Positions 35,200 to 46,557 of a stretch of DNA of 64,000 nucleotides are shown here, one piece after another. A program made the translations under genes and the position numbers. Each line of letters starts with the position of its first letter. Positions within the stretch are counted from its first letter, which is position 1. Origin of the DNA: Eledone cirrhosa. Lineage: Eukaryota. The notes under the pieces are model-generated. The model made no database searches. It was not told where the DNA came from and saw only the letters and a program-made list of their open reading frames with translations. The DNA lies in assembly GCA_964016885.1 (NCBI GenBank), contig OZ024741.1, positions 34,410,001-34,474,000 of the forward strand. Direction: 5' to 3'.

Positions 35200-38100
35200 T
35201 TGATTAAACATAAATATTCTTATACATATTGGCCGCCAAGTGCAAATGATTTCCTTGAGTTAGTGGACTTGAACTGGTCCCAAGTAGTCACCTCTCCAAC
35301 AAGTGCTGGACTTGAACTGGTTCCAAGTAGTCACCTCTCCAACAAGTGCTGGACTTGAACTGGTCCCAAGTAGTCACCTCTCCAACAAGTGCTGGACTTG
35401 AACTGGTCCCAAGTAGTCACCTCTCCAACAAGTGCTGGACTTGAACTGGTCCCAAGTAGTCACCTCTCCAACAAGTGCTGGACTTGAACTGGTCCCAAGT
35501 AGTCACCTCTCCAACAAGTGCTGGACTTGAACTGGTCCCAAGTAGTCACCTCCCCAACAAGTGCTGGACTTGAACTGGTCCCAAGTAGTCACATCTCCAA
35601 CAAGTGCTGGACTTGAATTGGTCCCAAGTAGTCACCTCTCCAACAAGTGCTGGACTTGAACTGGTCCCAAGTAGTCATCTCTCCAACAAGTACTGGACTT
35701 GAACTGGTCCCAAGTAGTCACCTCTCCAACAAGTGCTGGACTTGAATTGGGCCCAAGTAGTCACCTCTCCAACAAGTGCTGGATTTGAACTGGTCCCAAG
35801 TAGTTACATCTCCAACAAGTGCTGGACTTGAACTGGTCCCAAGTAGTCACCTCCCCAACAAGTGCTGGACTTGAATTGGTCCCAAGTAGTCAACTCACCA
35901 ACAAGTGCTGGACTTGAACTGGTCCCAAGTAGTCACCTCTCCAACAAGTGCTGGACTTGAACTGGTCCCAAGTAGTCACCTCTCCAACAAGTGCTGGACT
36001 TGAACTGGTCCTAAGTAGTCACCTCCCCAACAAGTGCTGGACTTGAACTGGTCCCAAGTAGTCACCTCTCCAACAAATGCTGGACTTGAACTGGTCCCAA
36101 GTAGTCACCTCTCCAACAAGTGAGAAGTATAGCCTATCCACATAACCATTGATGTTAAAGTTTTCAGTAACACTGAAAAGCTTGCGAGTTCTTATATCCA
36201 CCTCACTTAGTTCTTGCAATGACCAGTTCAGAAGACCAAATGTTGGTGTTAGAATTGGCACAGCATAAGTATTGTGGACAATGTATTTGTTGTACACCGA
36301 TAGTTCTGATGACCATATTTTCTTTACTCTCCTACAGTATTCAGTTCTGGTTCTCTCCTTATTTAGGGGTCCATCATATCTGACATTCTCATCTTGTTCA
36401 AGATATCTGTAGTGGTCACCTGACTGTAGAGGTTATATTGTCAAGCCGTTCATCTCTAGATTTCCAGAGAGGGGAACAATCCTTCCATGTTTTACTGTCA
36501 AATATGAACAACACTCACCAAATTTCATTCTGATGTCTGCAGAAAATTGTGTAATGAGGTCCAATTGTTTTTTAATATAGTTGGTATTTGTCCCATACAA
36601 CTTCAGGTCATCAACAAAGAAAAGATGAGAGATACTTCTGGGCCTACTTCTATGACCACTTTGTTTTGTGAGCAGGTATGATAGTGGGTTTAGTGTGAGG
36701 ATGAAGAACAGCTCTGATAAACTATCACCATGAAAGATGCCTTTCTGGTACTGTATTGTATCAGTCTCAATTTGCTCCTTCTCACCCCTGAGGAGTTAAC
36801 TGGTGTACCAGTTCTTGGTCAGACATTCAACAGCAGCTACTAGTGGTTGTGGGACTTTGGTTAACTGTAAAGCCTTAATAATCCAGCCATGAGGTACACT
36901 ATCGAAGGCCTTCTGATAGTCCAGCCATACTACAGTCATGTTCCTGCGATTCTTTGCTGTTATTTCCGCTATCATTTTATTTGTTAGTAGGTGATCTATG
37001 CAGCCCCACACTTCCTTCTTTCCACCAGCTTGTCCAGGTGTTATAATATTGTTGGTGGAAAGAACAGATTAAGGCACCCAGTGTATAATTTGTACATAAT
37101 GTTATGGCAGGCTATTGGGTGGTAATTTTTAGCAAGGGTGGCTTGGATATTTTGGGGGATGAGGAGAGTAGTGGCAGTTCTTGTGTGCCTTTGATGCTTT
37201 TTCTAAACATCCGTCTGAGATCTTGCTGATTAGAAGGTAAAATTCTTCAGCTAGTATCCTGTTATCGGTCTGGGCCTGGTGATTTCCTATTCAACATTTT
37301 CTGTTGGGCTGTTTCCAGTATTGACCCATCTATGTCATATTGTTTTGTCTGGACATGCTGGCAGTATTCCTGTTCCAGTTCTTTTAACCATTTAGTTTGT
37401 TTGTTAAATCCGTCAATTGTTTCTAAGAAAGATCTCCAGTTGCCCTCTCAACCTGTTCGTTTGTCATTTACAGAGATTGAGCTTTTCCCATTGAAGCTGC
37501 GATAAACTTATTTAGGATCTCTGGCAAATAATCTATTTAGCACTTGCCGTTTATGTGCTGTTGACTTATATTTTAATCATTCTGCTGCAGCTGTGAGTTG
37601 TTGTTTTAGCTGGTTTAGTTTGAAGTTTAGAGTTTTAAATCTTGTATCTCCAAACCACATCTTTAGTTTTTTTCTTAAGTCTTCCTGATGTCGCGTGAAG
37701 TTGTTCTCTATGTTGCATTTTATAACTACAGGTATCTGTGAGATATTTAGTCTAGGGACAGCATTTTATTTTTTAAATTATACGTCCACGCTGGTTGAGT
37801 TTGTATCTTGGTTGCATGGTTTTAGGTGTTTACAATAGGATAGCAATGTGATAACAGAAAACATATATCAAAATCTTAATCATTTGTGGTTTTTTTTTTT
37901 TACTGATTCCGGTGTTGTATGGTCCATTACTCACATTAAGGCTGTGTATCTCTTGACACATATCATCCCATATCACTTGTAACGTGCCCACAAGCTTTTG
38001 GTGTACTTTTTGTACAGTAGGAGTATGGATTTCAGCTACATTGTTGATGTGCTGTTTACTGCTAGATTTAGCTGACCATTCTCTCTGTCCATCAGTGGAA

Positions 38101-38390
38101 GTGGGATGATTGTCTTCAATGGCTGTCTTTATAGTGTCACCCAGTTCCATTAGATGTATCAATTTACATTTAATGATACGTTTTGCCTGATCATTTAAAT
38201 GTTTTGGGGTAAAGGCTAATTCTGGGTATTTGGAGTTCCACAAAGTTTTGAGCCTCTGCATAAAACTGAACTTTGGGGAGCCAGATTGTTTATATGCTTT
38301 ATATACATCTTTGTTGAGATCTTAGTTCCATTGTATACAATGGTTGTAGTTGCGATTTGGTCGAAGGAGACTTATATGTTTAGCCATGAT
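35200..38390 (-). pseudogene. Decayed non-LTR retrotransposon, Dong/R4 clade (reverse transcriptase ORF with stops and frameshifts; endonuclease-bearing 3' part not seen)
   Basis: Minus-strand motifs: N-terminal W-x-x-DLNKDVYKAY...MQRLKTLWNSKYP...LNDQAKRI (R4/Dong-type), WLDYQKAFDSVPHGWI, QKGIFHGDSLS, ISHLFFVDDLKLY, NTYAVPILT...DIRTRK...VDRLY. Probable ATG at 38387. Confidence 0.88.
35263..36123. repeat. Tandem repeat, 43-bp unit, ~20 copies, embedded in the LINE ORF
   Basis: Unit gtgctggacttgaactggtcccaagtagtcacctctccaacaa; period 43 (e.g. 35303 to 35346). Confidence 0.98.
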
Positions 38391-38606
38391 GAGTTTGTCA
38401 TTCACTAATATTTGAATTTATTTTTCAAAATTAACGATGATCTTCTTAAAAAATTTCGACAAAATTTTGTCAGAATTAAATTTAAAGTTGTTCACAGCTT
38501 GGGTAATATTTCGTTATATAAATAAATATTTTAGGCATTACATATGTATATATGCAGCGCGCGATTTTCACTCAGTCATTTAGCTCGTTCTGGTCAGACC
38601 CGATTA

Positions 38607-40335
38607 CACCGTGTAACATATTTTTTGTTCCCCGGTTCTAAGTGTCATTTCATGGTTTGTTATATCCCATTATTATTAAAAAAAACCTAATATTTAATCA
38701 GAAGTTTGTGGCCAGGAGTTTGATATTTCGAAATTTTCATATTTTTCAAGAAAAAACACATTTAAAAAAAATTTATCAGTTCATATAATTAAATCAACAG
38801 AGTATATATTTATTTTATTACACAAGCTTATCAAAAGCAAACAAGTAAAAACAAATAACCCTTATAAAGCAACTTATACACGTCAGAAATGACTGGATTT
38901 CCTGGATTTGCGGTTGTAGTCCAGGTCGCATTCCTGCACTAGCCACCAGATATAGTCCTCCATCATTTTTTCATTGTAGTGGCCCTGGTACCTCCGCTCT
39001 ATCTCTTTCACATCTTGGTGGAATCGTTCGCCTTGTTCTTCTGAGTAGGCGCCCATATTGTCCTTGAATTTTTCCAGGTGAGCGTCCAGCATATGGAGTT
39101 TAAGCAACATCCTGCATCCCATGACGCCAAAAGCCTTTATTAGATCCTGCACCAGTTGATGGTAGTTTTCAGTTCTGTAGTTGCCCAGGAAGCCCTTAAC
39201 AACTGCCTTGAAACAGTTCCATGCTGTTCTATCAATCCTATTGAGCTTATTGGAGAACTCGGTAGACTCAAACACCTTCTTTATCTGAGGTCCAACAAAA
39301 ATTCTACCTTTGATTTTGGCCTCAGATAACTTGGGGAAGAACTCAAGAAGGTACTTAAAAGCGGCTGATTCCTGGTTGAGAGCTTTCACAAACTGCTTCA
39401 TCAACCCCAACTTGATGTGCAGTGGCGGCATGAGCACAATCCCGGGATCAACCAGTGGCTCCCACATGATGTTCCGGATCCCAACTACAAATTCTGTTCG
39501 TTGCTCCCAGTTCTTTCTTTTGTAGTGGTCAGAGGTGGCTCTGCTATCCCAAAGGCAGAGGAAGCATTGGAATTTGATAAAGTCTCCTTGGAGTCCAAGC
39601 AGGAAAGCCACCATCTTGAAGTCTCCAATGATTTCCCAATTGTACTGGTTGTATTGCAGAGCTTCCAAGAGGACTTTCACACTGTAGTAATCTTCCTTCA
39701 GGCAGACTGAATGAGCTAGGGGAAGTGTCGGGAACTTGATTCCATTGTGGAGGAGGACCTTCAAACTTGTGGTGGAGCTATCTATAAATAGCCGCCACTC
39801 CTTGGGCACAAATGGCACCCAATAATGTCAAACAGTCCAGGCATGTCATGGCAGAAGTAGAGGCCATCCCTAAGAGTGTAAAAGCCTGAGAAAGGTTTGT
39901 GTTGACTTCTCTGACTTGTCACCTGCACTTCCTCCTTGACCAAGTTCCACTTCTTCATCCTGGAGACGAATGCTTAAAACACAACTTACCCTTTATTCAG
40001 TGCGAAAATCCAGTATCAATAAATCTCTTTAATACATTTTTTAACAATTTTATACTTTATTGCACTTTTATAATTTTCTTTAGGTATTACTCTTTATTTT
40101 ATAATTTTAATTTAACCTGAAACATATATAAAAAATATCATTTAACCAAATTAAACTTACATACAACGTAAAATCCAGCATACAAATAATTCTAGTGAAT
40201 AGCTTAGAATTTTTACAAACCCCAACTTTTAACTGTTTAATAGCACTTTTTTTTTTATTATTTATTTGGGACCTAAGCAACATAAAAAAGTGATTACAAG
40301 CCAGGAACAGAGAAAAATATTTTTTTGTTACACTG
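38607..40335 (-). mobile_element. Chapaev3-type DNA transposon, internally deleted
   Basis: Left end tta|CACCGTGTAACATATTTTTTGTTCC at 38607. Right end GGAACA...TTTTTTGTTACACTG|tta at 40335 is an imperfect TIR. Putative TTA TSD. The ends enclose a transposase. Confidence 0.8.
38883..39968 (-). pseudogene. Chapaev3-type DDE transposase, catalytic core; N-terminus missing, frameshift near 39819
   Basis: 311-aa ORF with EWRLFIDSS, IIGDFKMV, CFLCLWDSR, PPLHIKLGLMKQFVKAL, FLGN and SEEQGERFHQD. The upstream frame SRMKKWNLV...FCHDMPGLFDIIG joins through a 1-nt deletion. Confidence 0.9.
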
Positions 40336-40446
40336 TTATTTGCCAACGTATGAAATAAACCAGGATAATATATATATATATATATATATATAAAAGACGT
40401 AAAATAAGAAAATTTAAAAAATTTTTTAAAAATTAACTTACTTACT

Positions 40447-40533
<87 letters not shown>
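40447..40533. repeat. (CT)n(AT)n microsatellite
   Basis: Direct inspection. Confidence 0.95.
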
Positions 40534-40536
<3 letters not shown>

Positions 40537-40596
40537 TGATATAAGAAATTAGGTTGGTGATTATTTATAAAGAGTCGAATATTATTATTAATATTC

Positions 40597-40695
40597 CACC
40601 GAGGTTAACTTTGCCTTTCATCCTTCCGGGGTCGATAGAATAAAGTACCAGTAATGCATTGGGTAATTGCTGGCCTTGTGCCAAAAGTAGAAACA
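40597..40695 (+). mobile_element. 5'-truncated SINE family A with 16-bp TSD
   Basis: attattattaatattc at 40581-40596 and 40696-40711. Confidence 0.9.
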
Positions 40696-40762
40696 ATTAT
40701 TATTAATATTCGAAAAACCCAGATTACATTCATTGTATTCAGCCATGTAGAGTGGTAACTTT

Positions 40763-40831
<69 letters not shown>

Positions 40832-41079
40832 CTGATGGTAGCTAAGATGCTTCCATAGGTGGTATGACGGCTGAGCACTTTATGCTCTTACAGAGCAGAA
40901 TATGATAGAATAGAAAATGAGAGAATATGCTCCGAAATCATTAGACGTGTCCGTCGAACCTGCGGTTCCAGAATCAGACAGATCCACACAATGATCGCGT
41001 CTCGAGCTGGTCGCCGGCGAAACAATTGTAACACACAATATATTGAGTTCAGATGCATCACTGATTTTTTGTTTTCTAT

Positions 41080-41110
<31 letters not shown>

Positions 41111-41284
41111 AATATAGAAAAGTTTCTACAGGACTAGAACTGTTTCATTCGTGAGAAATCCTATATATATGTATGTATTTATATATATATGTATGTATGT
41201 ATTTATGTATATGCATGTATTTAGATATATATATGTATGTATGTATTTATATATATGTATGTATGTATGTATTTATATATATGT

Positions 41285-41985
41285 AGAGCTACAACATACG
41301 TTAAAAGGCCATCCGCACAGCCATAGAAACGACCAAGTAATTCAGGTCAAACAAATAGAAAAAATGTGATTGAAAAATTTACCCGGACCCCTGGATGGTT
41401 GGTAAAATCCAGCATTTGGGTTTCTGTGACTCCTAAATCAAGTACTGTCCGCTTAGACAAATAATGTTAAGCTTTTGGTAAGATGATTAAACAAGGACGT
41501 CACTTTCTCAACAGGTTTTAGTTCAAGTGCCAGGCCAAGGATTGACCGTTACCAATACCCACGTGGGGCTCGACAAGGGAGGCAACCCTTATTTTTGGTG
41601 GAAGAATTCAGTGTGTAATATTGCAAAATTGAAAAATATCACAAAACGAATTAAGTTCTCAACAGAATGGTTTTAAATTTAACAAAAACTATTCATCAGT
41701 CAATAGAATCAACTAAAAAAATCAAGAAAATTAACTGGTCAATAGCTAGACTCTGGAGATTAATACAAATATAAATTAGTGAGAATCGTATTTCGGCTTT
41801 GGAAATTAGCGGAAAACAACTTCCGAGATGTGTGGCAAGCGCTCAATAAATTCTAACGAACCAGAGCTACAATATACGTTAAAAGGCCAAACACACTGAG
41901 ACGATGGTTAAACCATTATCCGCACAGCCATAGAAACGACCAAGTAATTCGGGTCAAACAAATAAAAAAATGTGATTGAAAAATT
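41285..41985. mobile_element. Unclassified element bounded by ~95-120 bp direct repeats
   Basis: agagctacaa(c/t)atacgttaaaaggcca...tgtgattgaaaaatt at 41285-41379 and 41863-41985; the second copy carries an extra ~29 nt. Confidence 0.65.
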
Positions 41986-41998
41986 ATATATATATATG

Positions 41999-42347
41999 TG
42001 GAGGCACATGGCTTAGTGGTTAGAGCATTGGCCTTGCAATCGAAAGGTTGTGAGTTCAATTCTCAGACCGGGTGATGTGTTGTTTCTTTGAGCAAGGCAC
42101 TTTATTTCACATTGCTCCAGTTTACTCAGCTGTAGAAATGAGATGATAGGGACTGGGGTCCATATCATTCCACTGCAAAGTGGTCGTGGAGGTGCCACGG
42201 CAAAAAAGCACCCAGCACTCACTGTAAATGAGGTTGGTGTTAGGAAGGGCATCCAGCTGTAGAAATCAAGCTAGAATCAGTTCCCGTCCCACCCTTGCAA
42301 GCAGGGAAAAATCGGACGTAAAATGAAATGATGATGATGATGATGAT
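41999..42347 (+). mobile_element. SINE family B: tRNA head, CORE-like domain, RTE-like 3' tail
   Basis: A box tggcttagtgg, B box gagttcaattc, core ttgagcaaggcacttta, tail ggttggtgttaggaagggcatccagctgtagaaa shared with the RTE 3' UTRs in this window, and a (GAT)n end. Confidence 0.9.
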
Positions 42348-42350
42348 ATA

Positions 42351-42405
<55 letters not shown>

Positions 42406-42470
42406 AATGAAGTAATTCCATCGGAAAAGTCCAGGAAAAAAGAGTGCTCTATGTATGCAACAGAGCTTAA

Positions 42471-42661
42471 TTATTATTATTATGTAATAAACAACATAAG
42501 GCAATTATTCCATTTACCAGTGGTTTCTTAAAAGCAAAAGGTTTTGCTTTCAATCCTCAGAATCCTACATTCTGAGGATTGAAAGTAAAACCTTTTGCTT
42601 TTAAGAAACCACTGGTAAATGGAATAATTGCCTTATGTTGTTTATTACATAATAATAATAA
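42471..42661. repeat. Long palindrome: 93-bp arms, 5-nt loop, 1 mismatch
   Basis: Centre ...aatcctcagaat-cctac-attctgaggatt... Confidence 0.95.
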
Positions 42662-42704
42662 ATATATATATATGTATGTATATATGTAGGTATATGTGTA
42701 TATG

Positions 42705-43317
42705 CTGGTGTCAGGTCACCAGTTAGTGCTACTGGTAACATGTATTTCAGTACAACCTGTCCCATGGTCGGGTCGTTTGCGACTAAACTGGCAACCCCAC
42801 CAAGGTTTCTTGGTGAGGAGGGTGACTTTGGACATCCTGCAGGACTAAAAACAAAACCTGTCAAAGGGCAAAGGAGCTCTTAAGAGTCAATGGCCATCCA
42901 AAATCACTGGGAGAGATGACCCCTTAGCCTTTGTCAAGGCAGAATTCTAGGAGAAGGAAAACTCTGATATAACACCTGCAACTCTGATGGTATCCAATGA
43001 TGTTGACTTGTTCTTCTTTTTGGTAAATATCATCTTGGTTAAGAGAGTGGGACTGGCTTTGTGCAGTGCCTTTGCTCACTATAAAAGCTTCACAGCACAG
43101 GCATTGCTTTATATCTGGAGATCTCTCTGCACTTGTCGTCACATGGTACCATGGGCCCAGCACTATGTGTCAATAATTGTCATAAGTTTAGTGTTTGTAC
43201 CAGAGTTTTCAAGTTGCTGGCTGGACTAAAAAGTCACACTCGTTCAGCGCATCGGTAGGGTTCTCCTACATGGATATAAAGTAGTGGCCGTACTCGAAAA
43301 CGAGTTGGCAGCCACCA
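42705..43317 (+). mobile_element. Non-autonomous RTE-derived element (5' UTR-like leader plus 3' stem-loop)
   Basis: Homologous to 53248-53870; contains ctaggagaaggaaaactctga and ends in tggccgtactcgaaaacgagttggcagccacca, like the LINE end at 53205-53243. Confidence 0.65.
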
Positions 43318-43518
43318 TATATGTGTGTATATATATGTGTATATATATATATGTGTGTATATATGTGTGTATATATATGTGTATATATATGTGTGTGTGT
43401 CTATGTATGTATATATGTGTGTCTATTTACGCATGTGTATGTATGTATGTGTATATATGTATATATATATGTGTATATATGTATGTATATATATTTATAT
43501 ATATATATATATATATAA

Positions 43519-43600
<82 letters not shown>

Positions 43601-43616
43601 ATATAAATATGTATAT
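43318..43616. repeat. (TA)n/(TG)n compound microsatellite
   Basis: Direct inspection. Confidence 0.95.
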
Positions 43617-45293
43617 CACCATCATCATCGTTTAATGTCCGTCTTCCAGGCTAGCATGGGTTAGACGGTTTTGTTCCATTTGATGCGGGATTGGTCGGGA
43701 GGCTGTGTCTTGCTTATACAGAAGTGTCCCTGGCAGGTTTTCTATGGCTGGATGCCCTTCCTTACACCAACCACTTTTACAGTGTGGACTGGTAGCCTAA
43801 ATACCGTGTCTCCTTCACGACCACATTACAGTGTGGACTGAGTGCTTTTTGTTGTGTCATTGACACAGTGGACAGAAATGGGAGGATGGGATAGGGTGTG
43901 TGGGTGGGGTGTATATTGGGTTAAGAGGTGGTTACTGACTGTAGGTTTGTATGCAAGTGAAGGTGGGTCTTCTGTACAACTTCATGGCACCAAAGATCTC
44001 AATCTAGTGACATCGTCTTAGAGAGGTGTAAATGAACAAGGTCAGTTTTTATCACCTTGTCCCAGCTTTTTCTTGGTCTACCCACTCCGTAGCTTCCATC
44101 AATTTTCATTGCTCTGCACTTTTTTTTATACAGCTGTCGTCCTTCATACGCATCACATGGTTATACCAACACAATCCCCTCTCCAGAACACATTTGATAC
44201 CTCTTATGCTTAGTCTCTCTCTTAATTCATTTATGCTTCGCTGTTCGCGCACATTACTATTACACATCCATCGGAGCATGCAAGCTTCATTTCTTTCTAA
44301 TCCACACAATTCTTCAGCACACAACACCTAGGTCTCACTACCATGTAATATCGTATACAAGCATCATACAATCTGCCTTTCACTTTTAGAGAAAAACTCC
44401 TTGTGGCCAACTGCGGTATTAGCTCTCTGAACTTTTTCTATTCCATTCTAACTCTGGCTACTACACTTTCAGAGCACCCTCCTCCACTACTGATTATGTC
44501 ACCCAGGTAACGGAAAGTGTCTACTATTTCTATAGAATCATCTGGGCAGTTGAAGGAGATAGCGTCCAGTGGGTCCTTGCTACTTAATGCACCTGAGCAT
44601 CGGCCACATATAAAATCTACATTCTTAGATAGCTTACCTGTGATCCCACTACATCTTTAATGTACCCATAGTTTGTATTTGGGACATAGATTCGAATTTC
44701 TACCTACTCCTTTCTTACACACTGAGCATGGCCATTTCCCAGAGGGCACCTGTGCCCTATTCTCCTTTCTACATACTAGAACTTTTGTCTTAGACAAGTT
44801 AACTCTAGGTTTTTTTTTATTCTAGTCTATGCATCCATGTTTGGTACTTCTTCTGTAGTAGCCGTACAAAGAGAAGAACATCCATAGTGCTTTTACCTGG
44901 CACAAACCCAAACTGCATTTCATCTAGATCAATTCAGTCTCTAATCAGTTGAGTAAGAACTCTTTCTGTGACTTTCATGACCTGGTCAACTAACTTAATG
45001 ACCCTATAGTTTCCTCTATCTAGGGCGTCTCCTTTGCCCTTGTAACATTTGACGATGGTAATGCTACACTAGTAATTTGGTATGACGCCCATTCTGTATT
45101 ACTTGGTTTACTATCTGGGAGTTCTCTACTATCTCCATCGTGCCATTCTTTCCAAGTCTCCATTTTTGCCCTTGATGGACTTCTCCACCTTACTGTTCCA
45201 CCACCCTGTCACTCTCCTCCTACCTAACTGTCTGCTCCACCCACAGATTTCATCAGCAGCCTTCAACAGGTTAACTTTCAGGAATTCCCACTG

Positions 45294-45297
<4 letters not shown>
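43617..45297 (-). pseudogene. RTE-clade LINE 3' portion with internal deletions
   Basis: Minus-strand WEFLKVNLLKAADEICGW...WWN; YKGKGDALDRGNYR- and QFGFVPGKST-type RT motifs; LERNEACMLRWMC...WYNHVMRM; 3' UTR and (GAT)n tail. Confidence 0.88.
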
Positions 45298-45385
<88 letters not shown>

Positions 45386-45395
45386 CAGTGGGAAT
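45284..45395. repeat. Foldback at the 5' truncation point of the RTE copy
   Basis: attcccactgttcc(tc)n(ta)n(ga)n ggaacagtgggaat; aggaacagtgggaatat recurs at 45404-45420. Confidence 0.9.
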
Positions 45396-45428
45396 ATATA
45401 TATAGGAACAGTGGGAATATATATATAG

Positions 45429-45756
45429 TGTAAGTATGTATGTATACGTACATACATATATGTATACAGACGTACAGTAGCATGTATATATATACATACA
45501 GGCACACATATATATATGCACGTATCAGTTTACCGAACATTTATTATAATGCTCGGTTTGTTCGTTTGTAAACAAACAAACAGCCTGAATTACGCCGTAC
45601 AGTGTTTGTTTGTTTACAAACGAACAAACCGAGCATTATAATAACTGTTCGGTAAACTGATACGTGCATATATATATGTGTGCCTGTATGTATATATATA
45701 CATGCTACTGTACGTCTGTATACATATATGTATGTACGTATACATACATACTTACA
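45429..45756. repeat. Long palindrome: 154-bp arms, 20-nt spacer, ~1 mismatch
   Basis: Arms 45429-45582 and 45603-45756 are reverse complements. Confidence 0.95.
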
Positions 45757-45817
45757 TTTAAGTAAGTGCCCTATATAGAGTGAGAAATGAAATTTCGTTT
45801 CATTCTATTCCATTTAT

Positions 45818-45918
45818 ATATATAGTAATAATAATAAATTTGAAGACTAAAATCCAAAGAGGGCTCGATAAGGATAAATATATATCAAATATATAAGAAC
45901 CGTAGAGCAAATATTTAT

Positions 45919-45920
<2 letters not shown>
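45818..45920 (-). mobile_element. Fragment of the Penelope-like terminal repeat seen at 57600-58281
   Basis: ataataataaatttgaagactaaaatccaaagagggctcgataaggataaatatatat...aagaaccgtagagcaaatatttat is near-identical to 57713-57805. Confidence 0.8.
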
Positions 45921-45954
<34 letters not shown>

Positions 45955-46557
45955 CTATATATATATATATATATTTATTGTTCATTTTTTGTCGATTCTA
46001 TTAAATGATGAATAGCTCCTGTTTATTTTAACATGTCTATTGAGCACTCTTATTCGATATGTGTTATTCCACATTTTCCCGAATATTTTTTGCGGATATA
46101 AAGGTTATCTCCCTTGCTGAAATCCATGTGCGTATTTTCAGCCTGGGTTTTTTCTTTTCATTCGTTCGGACTAAAGCTCGTTGAAGAAGTAAACTCCAGT
46201 CCGCCGTCATCTATAAGTCTTATATTTTTATGTGAGCTGATAGAGGACAGTTTAAGGATTTACAGAAACCCAAGAAGCTAGATATACCATCTCTCTAGTG
46301 GGTCCGGGTATGCTTTTTACATTCATTTGATTTATTGATTTATTGATAATTTATCTGAGTGTCCCGAATCTTCCATATCGCAATTTTTCGGTCGTTTGGT
46401 TGATTGTAGACATATTCTACGTGTGACGGTATTTTAACGATAGTTATAGCTCTGATTTATCTGAATTATGGAGCCCTCTGCCGCTCATCTCGAATTTTGT
46501 TTATCGTGAACTCGTGCGCCGATTTTTCGATACTCGATTATTCTACTATATATATAA

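Noticed and set aside
29893-36123. CRISPR-like appearance of the 50-bp and 43-bp arrays (and of the 34-bp array)
   Set aside because: Units are contiguous with no unique spacers, no cas genes are present, and the context is eukaryotic.
39310-39710. Plus-strand ORFs overlapping the transposase (similarly 47910-48200 and 48670-49299)
   Set aside because: They are antisense shadows of TE coding sequence.
38883-39818. Domesticated or RAG-like host gene
   Set aside because: The ORF is enclosed by TIRs, frameshifted upstream, lacks its N-terminus and has no RAG2-like partner.
41890-41960. Hammerhead in the direct repeat (CTGAGA...GAAAC...GTC)
   Set aside because: Core spacing is wrong and no stem I pairing could be found.
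41999-42075. tRNA gene (also at 51715-51789 and 56782-56855)
   Set aside because: A and B boxes are present but run into a CORE-like domain and LINE-derived tail, so these are SINE heads.
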